Shown in pieces: positions 36,419-43,315 of a stretch of 43,315 nt of DNA (within the stretch, counting starts at the first letter, position 1; the number at the start of each line of letters is the position of its first letter). The DNA is from Thermoanaerobaculia bacterium. GTDB lineage: Bacteria > Acidobacteriota > Thermoanaerobaculia > Multivoradales > Multivoraceae. Where the stretch lies: NCBI GenBank assembly GCA_028285365.1, contig JANQPS010000158.1, forward strand, positions 1-43,315, given 5' to 3'. The translations under genes and the position numbers were made by a program. The notes beneath the pieces were generated by a model. It was not told where the DNA came from, did no database searches, and saw only the letters and a program-made list of their open reading frames with translations.

Positions 36419-37522
36419 ATGAAACGCAGTGCGTACCTCGTGTTGACCTCGTTCTGTTCGGTGCTGATTCTCGTTGCTGCTGCGGCTTCGGCCCAGCGGC
36501 CGGAGATCAAGCGCATGCCCAACGGCAAGCCTGATCTGAGTGGCACTTACGACGCTGCCACGCTGACGCCGCTGCAGCGGCCGGTCGAGCTCGGCAACAA
36601 GGCTTTTCTCACCGTCGAGGAGGCCAACCGGCTGGCGGACGAAGAGATCGCCTTTCGGGAGAATGCGCTCAAGCGTTCGGATGGCGATCGCGAAGCGCCC
36701 CCAGAAGGTGGAGCGGCGGCCGTCGGTTTCGAAGAAGATCCGGCCGCGGGCGAGCGCCTCGGTGCCGGAAACGTCGGTGGCTACAACTGGTTCTGGGTAG
36801 ACCGGGGGTCGGACGCCTTTGCGATCGATGGAAAGTTCCCGACTTCGATCGTCACGCAACCGGAGAACGGACGCATTCCTGCTCTGACCGAAGAAGCCAT
36901 GGCGGGTCTCCGAGCGCGGCGCGCACTCTTCCGTCCGAACGACGGGTCGGCCTGGTGGTTGGAGCTCGACGGACCGGGTCCTTACGACGGCCCCGAGTCC
37001 CTGCCGACGAGCGAACGCTGCCTGCTCGGATTCACCGGCGCGGCTCCCACGTTTCCCAGTCTCTACAACAACTTCAAGCGCATCGTGCAGACCGACACTC
37101 ACGTGATGATCCTGATCGAGATGAATCACGACGCACGTGTCGTGCGACTCGATTCCGAGCATGCACCTGCGCACGAGCGGCGTTGGCTGGGCGACTCGAT
37201 CGGTTGGTGGGAAGGCGACACGCTGGTCGTCGATACCACCAACTTCCGTCACGACTCCTCTATGCGCGGCGGCACCGAGACCCTCCACGTGGTCGAGCGC
37301 TTCACGCCGATGATCGGGGGCGACGTGCTCTACAGCTTCACGATCGAAGACCCGGCCTATTGGACCGAGCCCTGGGGCGGTGAGTACATCTGGCGGGGTA
37401 GCGACGAGAAGGTCTACGAGTACGCCTGTCACGAAGGCAACTACTCGATGGGCGGGACGTTGCGGGGCGCACGACTCCTCGAGTCGGAGGCGCTCGCGGC
37501 CGCGAGCAGTAGCGGCCAGTAG
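36419..37522 (+). CDS. Conserved secreted hypothetical protein
   Basis: Signal peptide, GKPDLSG, TPLQRP, GGYN.FW.D, WLGDSIGWWEGDTLVVDTTNF, YEYACHEGN. GGAGG RBS. Confidence 0.8.
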   Translation: MKRSAYLVLTSFCSVLILVAAAASAQRPEIKRMPNGKPDLSGTYDAATLTPLQRPVELGNKAFLTVEEANRLADEEIAFRENALKRSDGDREAPPEGGAAAVGFEEDPAAGERLGAGNVGGYNWFWVDRGSDAFAIDGKFPTSIVTQPENGRIPALTEEAMAGLRARRALFRPNDGSAWWLELDGPGPYDGPESLPTSERCLLGFTGAAPTFPSLYNNFKRIVQTDTHVMILIEMNHDARVVRLDSEHAPAHERRWLGDSIGWWEGDTLVVDTTNFRHDSSMRGGTETLHVVERFTPMIGGDVLYSFTIEDPAYWTEPWGGEYIWRGSDEKVYEYACHEGNYSMGGTLRGARLLESEALAAASSSGQ

Positions 37523-37656
37523 GCGGTTCCGTCGGTCGCCGACGCGGCTGAGCTAGCGAGCGCGGCCGAGGGTGACCTGCGCCTGTGCTCGTCACGGTCG
37601 CTGTTGAAGTGGCTGGCAACGGTGCGAGAATGGGCGCCATCAAGAGGAGAGAATTC

Positions 37657-40131
37657 GTGAAGCGACTCACTTGCCGTCTACCGTTGCTGTTTGCGCCCGT
37701 GTGCGCCGTCATGCTGTCGACTCCGGTCTCGGGCCAGGACCCCAAGATCATTCAGCCCGGTGCCCCTGGCGAGCCGAGTCGCGAGATCTCCGCGGACGCG
37801 GCGTCTGACCTGGCCGGCATCCTCTACACGGACGCTGACGTCAAGTTCATGCAGGGGATGATCGCGCATCACGCACAGGCGATCGTCATGACCGATCTCC
37901 TGGAGACTCGCAGCGAGAACGAGGAAATGCGCGCTCTCGCTGGTCGCATCGAGCTCTCGCAAGCCGACGAGATCCAGATGATGGAGGAGTGGCTGCGTGA
38001 CAACGGACAGGAGGTGCCCGAGCGCGGCGCCGGTCACGGCCACCACGGTCATGGCGAGCACCTCATGCCAGGCATGCTGACGCCCGAGCAGATGGATCAG
38101 CTCGCTGCGGCCGACAAAGGAGAGTTCGACAAGCTGTTCCTCGAGCTGATGATTGCCCATCATCAGGGTGCGCTGATCATGGTCGAAGATCTCATGGAGC
38201 AGCCTGGAGCTGCTCAAGAGTCGACGATGTTCGGATTCACGGCCGACATCGTGGCCGATCAGAGTGCCGAGATCGACCGCATGGCCAACATGTTGGCCCG
38301 GTTCTCGAGTGATCCCCGCGTCAATCTCGCCGCTGGTTTCAGAGACGCCGGTGTCGCACTGGCGAACCTCGAGCTCGTGGCCGAGTTGTCGAAGCCAGTT
38401 GGTTTCTTCTCCCCTGACGCTCCTGAAGGAGTTGCGATTCCGCCGGAAGAGGAGGAAGACTCGGACGAAGACGACGAGGAAGGTGAGAGCGACGAGGGAG
38501 ACAGTGGAGACGACGCTGAAGGAGCCGACGACAAGCCGGCCCGTCGCCCCGGCGCCGGACTCCTCAACTTCGCCAACTCGGACATGGCGTTTGCCGGAGA
38601 CATCCTCTTCGAAGGCAACTTTCACGGCTTCAACACCTACAACGTAGAAGATCCGAAGACGCCTCGGCTCGTGGGCTCGGTCGTCTGTCCCGGAGGTCAG
38701 GGTGACGTGTCGGTCGTCGGAGATCTGCTCATCATGTCGGTGGAGCAGACTCGTGGTCGTCTCGACTGTGGCCTTCAGGGAGTGGCTGAGCCCGTCAGCG
38801 CGGAGCGATTCCGTGGCGTGCGCATCTTCGACATCAGTGATCTCGGCGTGCCGCAGCAGGTAGCGGCGGTCCAGACGTGCCGTGGATCGCACACCCATAC
38901 GGTGGTCACGGATCCTGACGACGAAGGCAACGTCTACGTGTATGGATCTGGTACCAGCTCGGTGCGCTCGGGTGACGAGTTGGAGGGCTGCTCCGACGCG
39001 CCTCCTGGTGAAGACGAGAACACGGCACTCTTCAGCATCGACGTCATCCGGATTCCGATGGATCGGCCTCAGGAGGCCAAGATCGTCAACCGCCCTCGCA
39101 TCTTCGCCGACCCCGAGACCGGCGCCATTGCCGGTCTGTGGAAAGGCGGCCGCCATGGAGTGGGCACTCAGAAGACTGCGGTCACCAATCAGTGTCACGA
39201 CATCACCATCTATCCAGAGCTGGGGCTGGCAGCAGGTGCATGCTCGGGTAACGGGATCCTGCTCAACATCTCGGATCCGGTGAACCCGGTACGCCTGGAC
39301 CAGGTCGTCGACGACGGATTTGCGTACTGGCACTCGGCGACCTTCAACAACGACGGTACGAAGGTCTTGTTCACCGACGAGTGGGGAGGCGGCATGCGTC
39401 CCCGGTGTCGCGCATCCGACCCCAAGCGATGGGGAGCCAACGCCATCTTCGACGTCGTGGATCGCAAGCTGGAGTTTCGTGGCTACTTCAAGCTCCCGGC
39501 ACCCCAGACCGAGAACGAGAACTGTGTTGCGCACAACGGCTCGCTGATACCGGTCCCCGGGCGCGACATCATGGTTCAAGCCTGGTACCAGGGCGGGATC
39601 TCGGTGTTCGACTTCACCGACTCGGCCAACCCGCAGGAGATCGCCTACTTCGACCGGGGTCCGATCAACCCCGAGAAGCTCATCATGGGGGGCCACTGGT
39701 CGGCCTACTGGTACAGAGGTCACATCTACGGCACCGAGATCGCTCGCGGTCTCGATGTCCTCAAGCTCACGGAGAGCGAGTACCTCACCCAGAACGAGAT
39801 CGATGCCGCCGCTCTGGTCGAACCGGAAGTGTTCAACCCACAACAGCAGCGCCGCATCGACTATCCCGCGGAACCGATGATCGCGCGCGCCTATCAAGAT
39901 CAGCTGCGACGGTCGAGTACTCTTCCTGACGATCTGTCAGCTGCTCTGTCCAAGGCGCTCGACGCCGCCCAGCGATCGATCGATCGGGAGAGGTCCGATG
40001 ACTCCGTGGCGGCTCAGCTGTCTGATCTTGCGGGAAGTCTCGGAGAGCTCGAAGGCGAGTCCCGGGCCGATCGAGACCGGCTCACGGCGATGAGTGCGAC
40101 GCTGGAAGAGTTGGCTGAGCGCCTGCGCTGA
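37657..40131 (+). CDS. DUF305 (ferritin-like) domain fused to an LVIVD-repeat beta-propeller, secreted
   Basis: IIQPGAPGE, ADV.FMQGMI.HH.QA and FL.LMI.HH.GA (two HH motifs), then NSD.AF, CPGGQGDVSV, CRGSHTHT, CHDI, WHSATF, DEWGGG, CVAHNG, QAWYQGG. GTG 37657 after GAGGAG. Confidence 0.85.
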   Translation: MKRLTCRLPLLFAPVCAVMLSTPVSGQDPKIIQPGAPGEPSREISADAASDLAGILYTDADVKFMQGMIAHHAQAIVMTDLLETRSENEEMRALAGRIELSQADEIQMMEEWLRDNGQEVPERGAGHGHHGHGEHLMPGMLTPEQMDQLAAADKGEFDKLFLELMIAHHQGALIMVEDLMEQPGAAQESTMFGFTADIVADQSAEIDRMANMLARFSSDPRVNLAAGFRDAGVALANLELVAELSKPVGFFSPDAPEGVAIPPEEEEDSDEDDEEGESDEGDSGDDAEGADDKPARRPGAGLLNFANSDMAFAGDILFEGNFHGFNTYNVEDPKTPRLVGSVVCPGGQGDVSVVGDLLIMSVEQTRGRLDCGLQGVAEPVSAERFRGVRIFDISDLGVPQQVAAVQTCRGSHTHTVVTDPDDEGNVYVYGSGTSSVRSGDELEGCSDAPPGEDENTALFSIDVIRIPMDRPQEAKIVNRPRIFADPETGAIAGLWKGGRHGVGTQKTAVTNQCHDITIYPELGLAAGACSGNGILLNISDPVNPVRLDQVVDDGFAYWHSATFNNDGTKVLFTDEWGGGMRPRCRASDPKRWGANAIFDVVDRKLEFRGYFKLPAPQTENENCVAHNGSLIPVPGRDIMVQAWYQGGISVFDFTDSANPQEIAYFDRGPINPEKLIMGGHWSAYWYRGHIYGTEIARGLDVLKLTESEYLTQNEIDAAALVEPEVFNPQQQRRIDYPAEPMIARAYQDQLRRSSTLPDDLSAALSKALDAAQRSIDRERSDDSVAAQLSDLAGSLGELEGESRADRDRLTAMSATLEELAERLR

Positions 40132-40182
40132 TCTCTCGGTCGTTCGGGTGCTCTTGTGGGTGGGGTTCGAGCGGCTAGCCTT

Positions 40183-40213
40183 TAGTTGACCAGTCATCTA
40201 ATTGTGGTAGTCT
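40183..40213 (+). promoter_or_regulatory. marR promoter (TTGACC-N16-TAGTCT, extended -10) overlapped by palindrome TAGTTGACCAGTCATCTA
   Basis: -35 at 40186-40191, -10 at 40208-40213. The 18-bp imperfect inverted repeat at 40183-40200 recurs at 40721. Confidence 0.65.
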
Positions 40214-40221
40214 AGAGCGCC

Positions 40222-40671
40222 GTGGCTCGACGCTCCAGCACTCCGCTCTCGGCTGAGTTTCACTCTCTAGGCCAGGAGACCGCGATCACCTTGCTGCGCG
40301 CAGCAGACTCGGTGAGGCGTCACTTCACGGCCGTGCTCGAGCCGTTCGGCGTCACGCTACAGCAGTACAACGTCTTGCGCATCCTTCGGGGTGCCGGCCC
40401 GGATGGCTTGCCCACGCTCACGATCTCCGAGCGCATGATGGAGAAGACTCCAGGAGTCACCCGTCTGCTCGATAGGCTGGAAAAGCGCGGCTGGGTCGCG
40501 CGTGAACGTGACTCCGAGGACCGTAGGCGGGTATGGGTGAAGATCACCCGCGATGGCCTGGAGCTCCTGCGGCAGCTCGATGAACCGATCGATCGCGCAG
40601 ACGAGGAGTGCGTGGAGTCGTTGAGCGATCGAGAGCAGGCGCAAGTGGTGAGAGCCCTGCGCAAGCTCTGA
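40222..40671 (+). CDS. MarR family transcriptional regulator
   Basis: GVTLQQYNVLRILRGAG..GL, PGVTRLLDRLE.RG.V.R.R..EDRR.V...IT..G. Confidence 0.93.
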   Translation: MARRSSTPLSAEFHSLGQETAITLLRAADSVRRHFTAVLEPFGVTLQQYNVLRILRGAGPDGLPTLTISERMMEKTPGVTRLLDRLEKRGWVARERDSEDRRRVWVKITRDGLELLRQLDEPIDRADEECVESLSDREQAQVVRALRKL

Positions 40672-40720
40672 GGCCAAGATTGTGTCTTGGAGATGAAACC
40701 GCGGCGCGAGGTGCGGCATA

Positions 40721-40753
40721 TACATGACTAGTCAACTATTAACCAGTCATCTG
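40721..40753. promoter_or_regulatory. Second and third MarR-type boxes upstream of the VOC gene
   Basis: TACATGACTAGTCAACTA (40721-40738) and CTATTAACCAGTCATCTG (40736-40753) match the box at 40183. Confidence 0.7.
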
Positions 40754-40831
40754 AAGTGAAAAGACTCTTGTCATGAAAACCTCTCTCAACTTCCATCGGG
40801 ACGTTCGCCGCGTTGCGACGGAGGCCGCGTG

Positions 40832-41293
40832 ATGGCTGCCTCAGAGATCCTGGCGGACTCGGTTGACCGAGTGCGACTCGGGCATGTCCACCTGGAGGTG
40901 CGTGACCTCGAGAGGTCCGTACGCCACTATCGCGACCTGTTGGGTCTCGAGGTCACCGAGCGAACGGGACGGTTTGCCTTCCTCTCGTTTGGTCGACACC
41001 ACCATGACGTGGCACTCCAGCAGGTTTCCGGCGACCGGTTGGGGCGTGATGGCGAGAGCCGACCGGGTCTCTACCACGTGGCGTTCGAGGTGTCTTCGCT
41101 TCAAGAGCTCGAACGGGTGGTCGACCATTTGAGGAGTCAGGGACAGCCGCATGAGCTGATCGACCACGGCATCAGCTTGGCTCTCTACACTCGGGATCCC
41201 GACGGTCACGGCGTCGAGGTTTACGTCGATCGTCGTCAGGAACCGAGTGGACGCGACGTGTGGAACGGCGTCAGCCACGGAGCGGCTCTTTGA
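40832..41293 (+). CDS. VOC/glyoxalase family protein (CatE-like domain)
   Basis: LGHVHLEVRDLERS..Y..LLGL, HHHDVAL, GLYHVAF, DHGISLALY..DPDG.GVEVY.D. Confidence 0.88.
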   Translation: MAASEILADSVDRVRLGHVHLEVRDLERSVRHYRDLLGLEVTERTGRFAFLSFGRHHHDVALQQVSGDRLGRDGESRPGLYHVAFEVSSLQELERVVDHLRSQGQPHELIDHGISLALYTRDPDGHGVEVYVDRRQEPSGRDVWNGVSHGAAL

Positions 41294-41371
41294 CCGCGGC
41301 TCTTTGGGACGACGCAGCGGGGACGGTTGGTCCGTCCTCCGCTGTGTCTACCGAGTTACCGTCCAGATTAG

Positions 41372-43315
41372 TCAACCTTCGCGGAGGCTCTCTGACGTCT
41401 CGGCCCGGGTGGCCCGCAAGGCAGGAGCGAGGCTCGACAAAACTCCGACGGCGAGCAGCACCAGGCAGGCGCCGGCAGCGACCACCGGGTCAAACGGAGA
41501 TGTCTCATGGAGCAAGGCGCGTAGCGACGACACCAGCGCCAAAGCGAGCCCAAGGCCGATCAACAGGCCGATCGCCACCAAACGCAGGCCGCTGCCGACC
41601 ACGATGCCAGCGATCTGGTGTCTTTGGGCGCCAAGCGCCATTCGCAGTCCGAGTTCCTTCTCGCGGCGGCTCACCGAGTAGGCCACGAGTCCGTACGTCC
41701 CGAGTGAAGCGAGGATGACGGCGACGACGGCGAAAGCGATGAGAAGCGCCATGCTGAGCAACGGTCGCGCCATTGCCTCTCGGCGCTGTTCGTCGAGGCT
41801 CGCAAATCGCGGCGCTGCCAGGAGCGGGTCGATCTCTGCGACAAGATCTCGAATCTGAGGGGCGAGAAACTGTGCCGGGATCGAGCCACGCACGGCAACG
41901 GTCATGTTCGGCCATCGAATGATGGCCTGGGACAAATACACCATGGGAAGTGCGGCTTCACCCAGCTCGACGTCTGATGCATCTCCGACGACTCCGACGA
42001 CTTCGAACACCGGTCCCGAGGGTCTGTTCCAACGCATCTGCTGACCCACAGCATCGTCCTGCGGCCAGAGGAGCGAAGCCAGACTCCGGCTCACGACGAC
42101 TTCCAGCTTGGGCAGATCACCAAGTCCCCGGCCCCGGAGAAGAGGGATGCCGAGAGTGTCGAAGTAGCCGGGAGTCGCAGCCCGCCACTGAACCTGTGGA
42201 AAGTTCTCGAGCTCCGTCTCACTCTGGTCGGCAACGTTGTTGGTGGGGCGAGGGCCCCGGAAGTGGCTGATGTTCACTCCCCCGGCTCGCTCGACCCCGG
42301 GAAGGGCCTCGACGCCGGCAACCAGCTCCTTGAAGAACTCGTGGACGGCTTCCGAGTTCTCGGCATAACGCTCGGATGGCAGGTCGATCTGGGCGAGAAG
42401 GACGTCCTTCGAACCGAATCCCGTTTCGAACGAGCTGAGCCGATCGAAGCTCCTGAGGAGCAGTCCCGCACCGAGAACCAGGATGGCCGCGAGCGCGATC
42501 TCGGAAACCACCAGCAGGGTGCGTACCCGTGTGGTGCCGCGGTCGTTGGACGTCGCTCTCATCTGCAGCGACTGAGTGGACGTTCGGGACAAACGGAAGG
42601 CGGGAGCCAGTGCCGCAGCGACCGTCGCGACCGAGGCTACGAGAAACAGGAAGAGCGCAAGGCCGGCGTCGACGGTCATCTGGTCGATGCGTGGAAGAGC
42701 TAGATCCAGTCTCCGAACGACGGGTACCGCCCAGAGCGCCACGAGAAGGGCGCCGCCTGCTCCCATGAGGCCGATGATCAGGGCTTCGGTCGCGAGCTGT
42801 GCGTGAAGACGACCGCGCGTCGCCCCCAGCGCCAATCGAACGCGCAGCTCGCGAAGCCGATCCGTGCTGCGCGCGAGAATCAGATTGGAGACGTTGACGA
42901 ACGCGAGTAGGACCAGGACGGCTACCGCTCCCAGGAGCACCCAGTTGGTCGCCCGTCCAGTGTCGCCTAGCAGGTACTCCTCGATAGGCCGGAGCTGAAC
43001 CCCCCAGCCTTCGTTCGACACCGGGTACTCTTCGCCGAGCTGGCGAGCGATGTTGGTGAGCTCGGCACGTGCCGCCTCGAGCGTGACACCGTCCGCCAGC
43101 CGTGCGAAGGCATCGATGCGGCGGTCTGCGCGCGGATACAGCTGATTGATCCGATGAGGAAGATAGATGTCGGCGGTGAGTCGAGGAATGCGCAGCTCCG
43201 GTGCGAGGACACCGAGGATCGTCCAGGCTTCGCCGTCGAGATCGACGACCCGGCCGACGATGTCCTCGTCGGCCTGGAACTGGTTCTTCCAGAGCCGATC
43301 GGAGATCACCGCGAG
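41372..43315 (-). CDS. ADOP-type duplicated MacB/FtsX ABC permease, 5' end beyond the window
   Basis: GAV..LVLLA..NVSNL.LAR...R.REL.VR.ALGA.R, LVV.E.ALA..L..GAGLLLRSF, G.YG..AY.V..R..E.G.RMALGA, PALRA.R. Confidence 0.9.
   Translation of the reverse strand, partial: LAVISDRLWKNQFQADEDIVGRVVDLDGEAWTILGVLAPELRIPRLTADIYLPHRINQLYPRADRRIDAFARLADGVTLEAARAELTNIARQLGEEYPVSNEGWGVQLRPIEEYLLGDTGRATNWVLLGAVAVLVLLAFVNVSNLILARSTDRLRELRVRLALGATRGRLHAQLATEALIIGLMGAGGALLVALWAVPVVRRLDLALPRIDQMTVDAGLALFLFLVASVATVAAALAPAFRLSRTSTQSLQMRATSNDRGTTRVRTLLVVSEIALAAILVLGAGLLLRSFDRLSSFETGFGSKDVLLAQIDLPSERYAENSEAVHEFFKELVAGVEALPGVERAGGVNISHFRGPRPTNNVADQSETELENFPQVQWRAATPGYFDTLGIPLLRGRGLGDLPKLEVVVSRSLASLLWPQDDAVGQQMRWNRPSGPVFEVVGVVGDASDVELGEAALPMVYLSQAIIRWPNMTVAVRGSIPAQFLAPQIRDLVAEIDPLLAAPRFASLDEQRREAMARPLLSMALLIAFAVVAVILASLGTYGLVAYSVSRREKELGLRMALGAQRHQIAGIVVGSGLRLVAIGLLIGLGLALALVSSLRALLHETSPFDPVVAAGACLVLLAVGVLSSLAPALRATRAETSESLREG

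Noticed and set aside
37530-37545. Hairpin CGTCGG-TCG-CCGACG after the hypothetical gene
   Set aside because: Short stem with no U-tract, so it is not called as a terminator.
37678-39897. 739-aa antisense ORF opposite the DUF305-LVIVD gene (and similar antisense ORFs at 7569-8654, 17399-18556, 34590-35618)
   Set aside because: Shadow ORFs produced by GC-rich codon bias on the coding strand, with no motifs.

Overview
GC-rich bacterial window, probably from Acidobacteriota. This is inferred from an ADOP-type duplicated FtsX/MacB permease and an 'FxDGxESGD' motif protein. It holds about 33 mostly metabolic and transport genes, and I saw no RNA genes, CRISPR arrays or mobile elements. The most unusual part is the left 5.7 kb, which looks like a bacterial sterol-modification locus. 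It contains a window-truncated ERG6/SMT-type sterol C24-methyltransferase (absent from the ORF track), two divergent Neverland/DAF-36/KshA-like Rieske oxygenases separated by a 14-bp tandem repeat, and an MBL-fold hydrolase. It also contains a cytochrome P450 with a non-canonical I-helix fused to two cyclic-nucleotide-binding domains. The rest includes acyl-CoA synthetases, a Liv-type ABC/acyl-CoA ligase operon, GH29 and GH35 glycosidases, and a PadR-HAAS-DUF4097-like-amidohydrolase operon. It also carries a sulfotransferase, a Xi-class GST, a CoA-transferase/HMG-CoA lyase pair, a second canonical P450, a DUF305-LVIVD fusion, and a MarR-VOC pair with visible operator palindromes. All family calls come from reading motifs by eye; no database search was run.
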